64,000 nt of DNA, from assembly GCF_023055435.1 (NCBI RefSeq), contig NW_025963791.1:7440001-7504000 (forward strand), read 5' to 3'. A program made the translations under genes and the position numbers. The stretch is from Haliotis rufescens. Its lineage: Eukaryota. The notes under the pieces were generated by a model. That model ran no database searches and had not been told where the DNA came from. It was given only the letters and a program-made list of their open reading frames with translations. Numbering within the stretch: the stretch's first letter is position 1; the number at the start of each line of letters is the position of its first letter. Shown one piece after another: positions 48,873 to 61,219 of the stretch.

Positions 48873-51800
48873 CCTGTTTATATGGAATTACCATAATTGA
48901 CTATGACACTCCAAAGTAATAAGTACATGTGTCATTTCACCTTCTAACACCTGTCTAAAGGGAAGAAATATCGAATACAACCCAATAAACTTCTTATGTA
49001 AACAGTGTTCAAACAAACACTAGATTATCAGAGGTTTATACATTTTGCGGCCTATATCTACGTATATCAAACTGAACATTGACAAATATCCATGGTGGAA
49101 TTAACTGAAATGTATAAAATATATGCAAAATCTACATCATAATAGAAACTTTAAACAACAGGATACAATGAACTTGTGTACTTTCATTCAACATGTTCCA
49201 GGACCTTCACCTCAAGGAAATTACGTACACATATGTACAACAAAGTTGACGTATGACATCACTACCGGTCACCGACTTTAATAAAATCGCGTGTTCACTG
49301 ACAACACTAGGCGGGATTTAACGAGGGGACATTCGTTGATTCAGGGACTGTTAATGCATATAACTGTGACATTAAGTAATCAGAAACATTCTGACAATCT
49401 GTGTACTGTTATTTATTTTATGTTTTTCATTGAAACCAAGAGGAATAGTCGAGATTCCGATAAATACCGTTGTCGTTGTGCGTGTTTTGCGTCAGTCATG
49501 ACGTCACGTCGTGCGGTGGATGGAAACTTTGACAATTTCTGTTGAATTTACCAAGTCATTGCAATGTATCTACATGTATTTTTTAATTCCCTAATTCTTG
49601 CTACGATTCTCTCCCCATGCATATTCTGAAAATGTTGAGCTAATGTATGCAACGGATAGACGAATGGATATATTCCAGCTCAAAATAGGAGAAAATGCTA
49701 CACAGTGTAAAATATGACTTTTGCTTTGTTTACATTTCAAACAAGTGCAGTTTTCCGACCGCAGCGTTCATTTTCACACCTAATTTATATTTCATGGTTT
49801 CATCTAGACACTCTTAAGGTGACAAAGATCATTTGTCATTTGATTCTAAAATGTATGAGGAACTCAAGGATGTATGTATCGCAGCTGAGTTTGAAATATA
49901 CGTGATGTTTTAGGCGTCTCATTACCGGCATACGTGAAACGTGATTATGTGAACACTATCCAATATGGCGGAAAGTTCACTTCGGCGTTCGTGTTTGCGT
50001 ATTTTCGAAAAAACATTCTAAACGATTCTTGGGTTATCGTCAACGTTTTAGAAGGATCCTTGGTGGTTTGCTAAAAGACAGATACCCGTGATCACTGATA
50101 TGCTATTTGTAAAATTCATTTCTCTGAGTAAATATCCGAAATTTAGATTTCGAAACATGCTGTAAATAACACCGTGAATGGTGATTTAGCAATGTGTAAA
50201 CAATGGCGACATTTACGATGTACCCAATTTTCAGTACTTTTGCTTTGCCTAGAATGACAGTGGATGAGATCATAGAACAGGGAATTTACCACAGAATTAA
50301 AAACTATGTCGTGTATTTGTGTGCATGGTGTATGTTGAATTGTATTCGCCTTCAAAGTGAGGGTTGAAGAGGTGGGACATCTCTGGCATCCAGGGTGGGG
50401 ATAGTTCCCCCATTTATCGTATATATTCCAAATGCTATTGAAAACACATCGGAACTTTCAGTATTATACAGTATGATTGGCCACATTTAACTGTATCTTG
50501 GGCATATTTTTAAAAGAAACACATATGTTAAATCAAAAATTATTCCTGAGGGATTCTTTGACCGAAGTACTTGAAGTCATACGCGCATTCTGATTGTATG
50601 TATTTTCGCACATTACGTTCATCGATAGGGGGACGAGTCTTCTTGCAGGTTACGGAAAGGGGCGAGTGGTGGCGAATGCACCCGCCCCTTTCCGTGAACG
50701 CCATTCGTTCCGGACTGGCCCGAGTGATCACGACACATATACCGCTACTATGACGTCACAGAAACATGACGTCATAGACAGTCAATATGACAGCTTGATT
50801 GACTTGTAAATACGTCGCGTCACGTATCTCTACTATTTGTCACGTCCGACAACGCTCCTAAATGCCTGTTTGTAAGAAAGTCAACTCGGGCGTGGCACCG
50901 CCTCGGTCAGGTAAGATGAATGTCATGATTTTAGTCTTTATTCATCAAGGGGACAATTATGTAAATGTAAAATCTAAGTATGTTTTTTGTTAAAACCTAT
51001 TTCATTCAGAAGTAACAGATTCGTAATAGCTATCGAAATACATAGTATGTAGTATACTTGATTCTAAAAGAATATTATCATATATCCACTGTTTGCCCTT
51101 TCCATCACCCACACCCCATTACCAGTTAAAACAATATGCATATGTGTCAAATTATTTTAGTTTTGTTATATTTATCGTCACCCTAAGATTGTATAAGTTC
51201 AACATTACGTATGAGACGTCATACAGTTTCTAGTTATTCCGGGTTAGGAAACTACATTACGTGATGTACCGATTAATCAAACTCTCAATACATCACAATA
51301 GTCCACTTCCCGATGACAAATTAAAACATAAATATACTTCTGGAAAAAAAGGAAGCATACCCCCATGTTTGATGGCGGCTAAAAATAAAACAAACAAGAA
51401 ATGGTTATTCGATGAAGATGTATTTGATAGAGGGATCATATGCTACATCACTTGCATCATGTCAATAAGTCTCTTACAACAGGTCATCAAAATAACGTAT
51501 TTCTTTACGTTTGTAATTTTATGGTCAAACATATTTTTTAAATGCACACTTTGTTTTGCTAGGCAAATTCATTAACGTCGCTGCTGCGCAACAATATCGA
51601 TAGTATGGACAGACGGAATAACATGAAAAGAAAAAAAACTTTCATTCGTTTACTTTTAATTTCGTTTCGAGCCAAAGGACACTTTGCTTTAAGAGACTCG
51701 TGGGTATCCGTCCAGCAATGATAACTCACTACTTAACGTCCCAAGCTAGGTCTTTAGTATGTTTGTTTGTTGTTTAACGCCGCACTCAGCAATATCCGAG

Positions 51801-51915
51801 CTAGATATCGACGATCTGTAAATAATCGAGACTGGGCTAGATAATTATACCACGCAACTGACATACGATGACATGCAATCAACCAGGCCTGACCCTATCC
51901 ATAAAGTCGCCTCTT

Positions 51916-53326
51916 ACGACCAGCATAGGTTTCTGGGGACCTATATTCTTACCTGGAATCCCCACGTTGTATACGACCAGCATAGGTTGCTGGGGACCTT
52001 TATTCTTACCTGAAATCCCCACGTTGCATACGACCAGTATAGGTTGCTGGGGACCTATATTCTTACCTGGAATCCAAACGTTGTATACGACCAGAATAGG
52101 TTGCTGGGGACCTATATTCTTACCTGGAATCTCGACGTTACGACCAGGATAGGTTGCTGGGGGCTTGTATTCTTACCTGGAATCCCCACGTTGTATACGA
52201 CCAGCATAGGTTGCTGGGGACCTATATTCTTACCTGGAATCCCCACGTTGCATACGACCAGTATAGGTTGCAGGGGACCTATATTCTTACCTGGAATCCC
52301 CACGTTACGACCAGCATAGGTTGCTGGGGACCTATATTCTTACCTGGAATCCCCACGTTGTATACGACCAGTATAGGTTGCAGGGGACCTATATTCTTAC
52401 CTGGAATCCCCACGTTGTATACGACCAGTATAGGTTGCTGGGGACCTATATTCTTACCTGGAATCCCCACGTTACGACCAGCATAGGTTGCTGGGGACCT
52501 ATATTCTTACCTGGAATCCCCACGTTGTATACGACCAGTATAGGTTGCTGGGGACCTATATTCTTACCTGGAATCCCCACGTTACGACCAGCATAGGTTG
52601 CTGGGGGCTTGTATTCTTACCTGGAATCCCCACGTTACGACCAGCATAGGTTGCAGGGGACCTATATTCTTACCTGGAATCCCCACGTTGTATACGACCA
52701 GTATAGGTTGCTGGGGACCTATATTCTTACCTGGAATCCCCACGTTACGACCAGTATAGGTTGCTGGGGACCTATATTCTTACCTGGAATCCCCACGTTA
52801 CGTCCAGCATAGGTTGCAGGGGACCTATATTCTTACCTGGAATCCCCACGTTACGACCAGCATAGGTTGCTGGGGACTTATATTCTTACCTGGAATCCCC
52901 ACGTTACGACCAGTATAGGTTGCAGGGGACCTATATTCTTACCTGGAATCCCCACGTTACGACCAGCATAGGTTGCAGGGGACCTATATTCTTACCTGGA
53001 ATCCCCACGTTACGACCAGCATAGGTTGCTGGGGACTTATATTCTTACCTGGAATCCCCACGTTACGACCAGTATAGGTTGCAGGGGACCTATATTCTTA
53101 CCTGGAATCCCCACGTTACGACCAGCATAGGTTGCAGGGGACCTATATTCTTACCTGGAATCCCCACGTTACGACCAGCATAGGTTGCTGGGGACTTATA
53201 TTCTTACCTGGAATCCCCACGTTACGACCAGCATAGGTTGCAGGGGACCTATATTCTTACCTGGAATCCCCACGTTACGACCAGCATAGGTTGCTGGGAA
53301 CCTTTATTCTTACCTGGAATCCCCAC
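51916..53326. repeat. 53/57-bp satellite amplified from the end of a family-B SINE
   Basis: About 26 units of ACGACCAGCATAGGTTGCTGGGGACCTATATTCTTACCTGGAATCCCCACGTT(GTAT), contiguous with the SINE at 51759. Confidence 0.95.
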
Positions 53327-54241
53327 TTAACCCCAATCAATAGGGGTGAATCTAGAGGTTATGTCATATGTGAGATTTTGCCATCGTATCTAATATTGCC
53401 TGGACTCTATACTGAGAGCAATACATAGAGGTACTTACTTACAAACTATGGCAATACTATTTCAACCGTAAAATACCCTCAATATACGCCCCCATTGAAT
53501 TGGTCCCTTGTCCCACAATTTCAGTCCGGACTGAAGGAAGTCCGAATTTGTGACGTTTCACTTACTGTTCATGTGTTTCGGTATCGAGTGGGCACTATAT
53601 CAGTTGGTGTTTGAGTGAGGTGTGGGCAGTGGATGGTGTTAAAAAGTGGATCTAATATTGTTTTAGTGTTATGTATGAAAACGCTTCAGTTTGAATCATC
53701 AGATTGTTCTTAGCGTGTATTCCTCATGACCTGATGTATAACATGAGAGATTGGTCGTGGTAATCAGTTGTATTTTCCTTCCAGCGTCCCAGAGCGAGGC
53801 AAGTCATGAGCTCCAATGGAAGATTTGTACCCTGCGCCTGTGGCTGGACAAGATCAAGTCTTCAGCAATCTCGGAAGAAAAAGGTCTATTATACGTTAAA
53901 AATACCCTTCTTAAAATAGTATTTGGGCACGTATGGCCCTGTGCAATTCACAATGCGGTGTTAAGCTTCAGAGACTTTATAGTCTATATTTGTATCAACG
54001 CCGTACTCAGCAATAGTCATATGACCGCGGCCTTTAAATAATCGCAGCTTCACCGGACAAACCAGTGATAGATATTACTGCAACGACTCACGCCGTCGGG
54101 GTAGATGACTCGCAATGTCACCGAGTCTGACCAGCCAATCGCCCCCAACGACAAATATAAAATACTGGATACCTATTCCCAACGTGGGCCATCATTATCC
54201 TTAAGCAGTGTGTAAAGTAAATATAAGTTACAATTTCCTGT

Positions 54242-54594
54242 GGTCCGCCTCCATGGCCTAATGGTAAAGCGTCCGCCCGGAGAGCGGAAGGTCCGAGGTT
54301 CGATCCCTGGCCGCGTCATACCAAAAGACGTTAAAAGATGGTACTTGTTGTTACCCTGTCAGGCGCTCGGTATTAAGGGGCTAAAACAAGGACTGTTCGG
54401 CTCGGGGTCAGTATACTGTGTCTGAGTGGGGTATTCGTGTTAAACTGCGGCATGGTATCTCAGTGTTTTAGCACTATAAATCGGCATTAGTCCGGACTAG
54501 TACAAGCAGCCACGCACACATACACGTGCATGCACGGCGCTATATAAGTGCAATAATCTTGGACGCGACGTTAAACCCCATTTCACCTCACCTC
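54242..54594 (+). mobile_element. SINE family D, full length
   Basis: A-box TGGCCTAATGG, B-box GGTTCGATCCC, TSD ACAAT(T/A)TCCTGT. Another copy at ~59540-59870. Confidence 0.88.
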
Positions 54595-55423
54595 ACAATA
54601 TCCTGTTTTAATATGTGAATAGAATCTGTATTTTCCTATTCCAGGTAGCGATCAATGTTATTGAGAGAAAGAGGTTCTTTCTTCTGAGAAGAGAGATCGA
54701 TCGCTGCAACGACCTCCTGACCAAACTCTGCTTCCTCACAGATCGTTCTTCCACGGTCCTCAGGTCCCTCTATAATATACACAGAATCGTCCACAAGGTT
54801 GCTCGGGTACTCCAAGTGTCACAGCACCTCCCGCCGCCACTCGTCATGCAAGGAAGGTTCCTCCCACCACCAGGAAAACTTCCTCAGTCGAGTTTACAAA
54901 CGCTGTAGTCTGACACGTCGGAACGCGACGATCCAGAACGAAGAAGAAACGAAGTCAAATAATCACGAAACGTTACTAGCAATAATACGTGAGAAAAGGG
55001 CACCAGAGAAACCAAACAGGATGTTATTATACTCGCCACAGAGATATATTAGCCAGGCTTAAAGACAGCCATGGAAGTCAGATCCACACCAAAAGTCTCC
55101 TCCATGCCTGCCAACTGTCCGATGTACAGGAAGATGAACTGCTTGAACAGAATGACCGGTCAACCTGCTCCTTCGGACCTTGTAATTCTACTGAGCTTGT
55201 TCTATCAGAACAGCGTTCGTTTCATGAGCTTTTGGCTGTCAAATAATCCAGCTGTGAACGTGATGCCCCTTCTGAAGAAGTTATATTCAAATTAGAAAAT
55301 GTAGCAGACACATCATCGGGTGGCAACATTGCTGGTGAATCATCTGGCCCTGATCCTAGACCAGTGAGGTCGTCCAGGGCAACACTACCACCATTACAGA
55401 TTTCCTCAAGGTCGACCGTTTCG

Positions 55424-55729
55424 AGCGGAACAGTGTCAAGGCATCTAGGTTCAGGTTGTCATGAACTTGATGCACTTGGATCTACATCTGCACTACCACC
55501 ACTTTGTGTATCTCCAGTTCTAGCTAGCGGAACAGTGTCAAGGCATCTAGGTTCAGGTTGTCATGAACTTGATGCACTTGGATCTACATCTGCACTACCA
55601 CCACTTTGTGTATCTCCAGTTCTAGCTAGCGGAACAGTGTCAAGGCATCTAGGTTCAGGTTGTCATGAACTTGATGCACTTGGATCTACATCTGCACTAC
55701 CACCACTTTGTGTATCTCCAGTTCTAGCT
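55424..55729 (+). repeat. Three perfect 102-bp (34-codon) tandem repeats
   Basis: Units start at 55424, 55526 and 55628; frame-preserving. Confidence 0.97.
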
Positions 55730-56654
55730 CCACTAAAAGTATCACCAAGGTCGACAGCAAAACAAAGTATTGTCACAACATCGTCAGACAGCCCAACACG
55801 TGGAACCTCTGAAGCTGATTCAAAGCCAATGAGATCTCCTATAAGGGTCACCCCACAGTGGTCCTCCCATGATCTACTTACTGTCGAAATAACATGTGGA
55901 AACGATACCGCCTCGGACACAGTTATGTCACAATTGGAGATTACACCGGCCAATACAACCCCAGATTGTCAGGATACAGTTTCCGCTGAAACTGGTCCAA
56001 AGCCGGTGAGATCTCCCAGGAGAACCGCACTACCACCACTAAAGATTTCTCCACGGTCGACAGGAAAACCAAGCATACCTGCGGTCAAAGAAGTAGAAAC
56101 AGACATAGCCTCTAAGCTGGAGACTCTTGTGAGACTAGGGTCTCTATATGCCCTCCCGCCAATCAAGGCGTCCAAGTCATTTACCAATGATGGCAACGAT
56201 ACTACCAGCGACCCCATCAGCCCCTACGCTCAGTCAGAGAATGCGCTAGAGAAATCTGACAATGGATCAATGGCTGCTTCTCCCTCCGATGACCTTTCAT
56301 CTCAGATGTCACCTTTTCACATCTGCCACTGTTCCGTATCAGTGGTTTCCAGCAGACTGGACACACCAAAGAAATCCATTTTCGTCCGTGCCTGGAGTCG
56401 CCTACGAAACTTCTTCTGTATCAAGAAGGTGGCACCTCTGTAGACTAGCACGCTGAATAACACCATAATATCCCAACCTCTACAAGGAGCACAGTGCACG
56501 GATGGGCCTACGGCAACATCACATGGCACCCTGCGAGTGAGTGAGTTGTGTTTAACGTTGCTTTTAACAGTATTCCTGTCATATCGCGGCGTGTCAGCTT
56601 AATGTGGGAGGAAAGCCCCAAGTGATGCAGGTCTTAGACGTTTACCACTTCGGC

Positions 56655-57786
56655 TGATTCTGACGTCGTCTATCACTTCTGTCCAAAGAGTCCCACAAAG
56701 AGGCCAAGGCATAAAATTCACGTGGTTAGTCTGCAGGAAGTCCCGTGAGATGCGTGCGGTGTGACTTGCATTGGCGTTGTCTTGCATTGGCGTTGAGGTA
56801 AGGGACAACATGCTGAGCAAGAATCTCGTCTCTGTAGCGCATCGCTTTCAGATTTCGACGAATAGGAACAAGAGCTGTACGATGACCGTGTGCAATTCCA
56901 GCCCATACCATTACAAATCCAGCTCCTCCAAAACGATCTCTCTCAGGAACACAAGCGTCAGCATAACGTTCATTCATCCGTCTGTACACCCGATGTCTGG
57001 AGACATCTGGAGTTTGGAGAGTGAACAACAGGATCATCACTGAAGAGCAATTCCTGCCATTCACGTGGAGTCCAGCGCAGATGCTCACGAGTCCACTCTC
57101 GACATTGACGTCAATGACGTTGGGTAAGAACTTGCCCAGCGTATGGCCCCTTGGCTCCCAGACCATATTGTCGCAGCCGATTGCGAACAGTTTGAGCACT
57201 GATTCTGTTGTTATGAGTTCCTTGAGTGGTCTGTGCAGTAACAGTTGCTGGGAAAAAACGATTGCGTAAATGTTGCGTCACAATACAGCGGTCTTGAACT
57301 GGTGTTGTTACACGTCCACTTCTCGGACCATCATTGGTTACCCCAGTTGCATTGTAACGCTTCCTCAGACGTTGTACTGACCTCGCGGACGCACCAACTT
57401 GTAATGCAACATCTGCAGTACGCATGCCTGAGTGCAACATTCCGATGGCTCTGTCACGAACATAATTTGGGGATTCTTGGCATTTATTTTAAAGGTAAAC
57501 GTGGGGAAAAGAATGTAATTACGGTGTTTTCTCGTGTGTTCTAACGATTGCCTTCAGTGATAACCAGTAACTCAAACATTCACGCACACAACATGTTACA
57601 CGTGCGACGATCGTGTGTTTTGCATGTTTTTAGGATTGTGGTTGTAACGTTTCATAATGCTCAGTTAACTGTGCGGGCTTGATACCCGAACACGCTTGTC
57701 TTATCTATCAATAATGTTATCGCAGAAAAATATGGTTCAGTTGAGTCATTTTAAAAAATCGTACGTTTCTTTTTTGGTTCAATATA
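56655..57786 (-). mobile_element. Decayed Tc1-like transposon (frameshifted transposase, 3' end lost)
   Basis: HTH region with PRSGR linker (57111-57440); VMVWAGI (56726-57199); QDNA..HTAR..PWP (56599-56820); TIR-like TTGAACCAAAAAAAGAAACG beside a TA run near 57786. Confidence 0.9.
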
Positions 57787-58019
57787 TATACATGATGAAC
57801 AAGCTGCTCTTCATCTTTTTCAACCGAAGAGTTGCCAATATGCTATAACCACGTGGTCATGTGTCTCCTGCACAGCCATTTGGTTCCTCTCTGACGACAA
57901 CCATATACTCAAAATGGCATGCTTTACGTGTATATATGATTCAGTTATCGTTTATATTTGCCAACAAATACGAGTTTTCTGTCGTGATACGTTGGTGTAT
58001 GCCTACAACCATGTTCGCG

Positions 58020-58490
58020 GTTTCGCTTTCCCCTTGCCTACAAGCACATTTATGCTTTCCCCTTGCCTACAAGCACATTTATGCTTTCCCCTTGCCTACA
58101 AGCACATTTATGCTTTTCCTTTGCCTACAAGCACATTTATGCTTTCTCTTTGCCTACAAGCACATTTATGCTTTTCCTTTGCCTACATCCACATTATGCT
58201 TTCCCTTTGCCTACAACCATATGTAATTTTTCCATTGCCTGCGGCCATAAGCATGCCTTACCTTTGCCTACAACCACATTATGCTTTACCTTTGCCTACA
58301 ACCACATTTAAGCTTTCTCTTCGCCTACAGCCATACAATAAGCATGCTTTACCTTTGCCTACAACCACATTATGCTTTACCTTTGCCTACAACCACATTT
58401 AAGCTTTCTCTTCGCCTACAGCCATACAATAAGCATGCCTTACCTTTGCCTACAACCACATTATGCTTTACCTTTGCCTACAACAATGTT
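58020..58490. repeat. ~29-bp minisatellite (TTGCCTACAAGCACATTTATGCTTTCCCC)n
   Basis: Degenerate tandem units with a higher-order repeat in the right half. Confidence 0.92.
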
Positions 58491-61140
58491 GTCAAACCTC
58501 TTTATAGTCATTCCATTTGATGTTTCTTTCAGAAGTAATTTATCTGAAAATTATGTTGAATTCTCACGATAAAAAGAAAGCAAGTTATATGAAATTGACT
58601 TACGCTATTGCAAATGATTCTGCATGCAGTAATCTCAATAGAATGATTCTTTGCAAACTCATATTTTAATAAATAGTATGATTGTATGAATGTTGTGTTC
58701 TTAGAGTCTTGCATACATTGAATAAATATTTTTGTTCAAACAAAAATCAGTTTCGACGTTTATATATTTGTCATATCTATATAATAAGTGCACTTATATG
58801 TGCTACAGTCTTTTTACTTTTGTTTTACTTTATTGATTGGAAATCAGTACACGAGTTAGTGTTCGTTATTTAACGCCACATCCAGGAATCCACAATATCC
58901 CCGCTATGTGACGGTGGCATGTAAATATTCGAGTGAGTCACCGAGTCTGACAACCCGATCCATTTGAACGCCTCATACCTTAAACATTTGTTGCTGGCGA
59001 CTGATATTCTAACCAGGAATTCTCACGGGTCATATTGGAACTTGGAAAAGCCGTTTAAAAGCTCTATATTTAAACTTTCAACATTACCAAGATCCAAGTC
59101 GGGGCATATGGTTTGAAGTGAACCCGAGTTCCTTAATGAAGTTGTTTGTTTGTTTGTTGTTTGTTGTTAAAAGCCACACTCAGCGATATTCCAGCTATAT
59201 GACGGCGGTCTGTAAAAAAATCGCGTCTGGTCCAGACAATCCAGTGATTGACGTCATGAGCATCGATCTGCGTAATTGGGATACGATGACGTGACACGCA
59301 TCAACCAAGTCGGCGAGCTTACGACAAGCATGGGTTGCTGAAGACCTATTCTATACACGGATCTTCACGGGTCCCTTTTATGGTGCCCCCGCCGTGATGT
59401 TGCTGCATGGGATTTTACTAAAAGCGACTTAAAACCATACTCACTCAGTCCTTTATAAAATTAAATCATTTTGTGAAATGTGACTGGGCGAATTGAGTAA
59501 AACGCCTCTCTCTGAATAACTGGGGAAACACTAACTTTCTCGATTAGCGGTAGAATGTCTGCCCAAGAGCGAAAGGTCGGGGGTTCCATTCCCGCGGCCG
59601 CGTCATACCGAAAGATCTTGAACGATGGTACTTATTGTTACGTTACCCTGTCTGGCGCTCGGCATTCATGGGATAAAACAAGAACTGTTCGGCTCGGAGT
59701 CTGTATACTTTGTCTGAGTGGGGTATTTATATTAAACTGTGGCATTGTATCTCAGTGGGCTAGCACTATGAAATCGACATTAGTCCGGACTAGTACAAGC
59801 AGCAACACGCACACGCACGCACGTGCAAGCACTTCGCTATATAAGTGCAAAAATCTTGAATGCGACGTTGCAATTAGTTGTCAGTCCAGCTGCCTGTTGT
59901 CTTTGTGTTCACTGCACGGTTCGGTGTCACAAGGCTGGTTTATTTTAGGTTTAAGGGTGTTAACTCTTTTGGGGTTGATCTATTTTATGTCATTGTTTTT
60001 GGTGTCTCAACAATCGCCCAGGCCTAGCTTCTTAGTTGATTGGACCTATTTCCAATATACATCTCATCCGCCATGTTACTAATTAGCTGCTCCACACTGC
60101 CACTGCATGGGGACTGCACACAAGATTTGTTTGTTTGTTTGTATGGTGTTTAACGCCGCACTCAGCAATATTCCAGCTATATAGCGGCGGTCTGTAAATA
60201 ATCGAGTCTGGACCAGACAATCCGGTGATTAACAACATGAGCATCGATCCACGCAATTGGGATCGATAACATGCATCATCCAAGTCAGCAAGCCTGACCA
60301 CCCGATCCCGTTTATCGCCTCTTACGACAAGCATAGTCGCCTTTTACAGCAAGCATGGGTTGCTGAAGACTAGAATTGTCCAACTCAAAGGTTAGTTATT
60401 ATACATTTTAGTTATCATATACATTGTAAATTAAATTCTCATATAAATCATTGCATGAAATAGGTATATTATAAAATAAGTTCATGATAAACCTATCGTA
60501 AATACATACACAGTATGTCTTTTAACTTGTATGAATGTGCGTATGGTTTGTTTTGTGTGTTTAGTCTGGTCAATCTGGGCTTGGGACTGTTATAGTCAGT
60601 TAACTCCTTTGTCTCGGGAAGATGACAGTATCTATAGTCGGTTTCATTACCATGCCATGACTTATTATACGTGCCTTTATGTTAACTTTGTTATTATATT
60701 GTGTAATTATTGTTAATACAGAGCGTCTTCTACTTCTATTGGAATAAACGAATATCAACCCCACAACCCGTAGCCTGTGGTTTATGACTATCCAATGGCT
60801 GCAACATTTATTTGATAGGAACTAGCCTTTATTAAAATGAACTAGTGATGCAAAGTATGTATGTAGAATCCCTGCATGGACCACTTCTATATTTAGTGTC
60901 CTTGATAGTTTTAAATATTTTAAATATATTGTACTAATAATAGATATATTAACTACTTCGTACTAATTAAACCAATATTGACCAAACATAAAATTTTAAT
61001 GTAGATTTGTTCTTCGGACTAATCAAATTTGAATAATTAATTGATGGCGCGCTTGGGAAAAGTTATCAGTCGGTATCTGATCCAAGGGACGTAATTAATG
61101 TCGTTCTTCATGAAAGAAGGTATGAATCTTTAGAAGCGTC

Positions 61141-61219
61141 ATTGGTTCAAAATGGCGGCGTTCTGAATATAATAGAAGCAGTACGAAGAGAATTGTGTGG
61201 TGTTCTTCGTTCACAAGGG
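61141..61219 (+). promoter_or_regulatory. Probable LRRC45 promoter and non-coding first exon
   Basis: ATTGG (CCAAT box), YY1-type CAAAATGGCGGC at 61148-61159, donor-like GG|GTAATT at 61220. Confidence 0.5.

Larger units (their letters stand above)
50862..56443 (+). pseudogene. Orphan family X, copy 2; disrupted or truncated
   Basis: Exons 50862-50910 (49 nt), 53785-53883, and from 54645 or 54649 onward. The homologous frame stops at 54908; coding-like sequence continues through two frame changes and a TAA at 55244 into ORF 55364-56443. Confidence 0.62.

Noticed and set aside
51916-53326. CRISPR-like appearance of this and the other arrays
   Set aside because: Head-to-tail units without unique spacers, no cas genes, eukaryotic context.
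59555-60082. 175-aa ORF
   Set aside because: Mostly read-through of a family-D SINE; no protein motifs.
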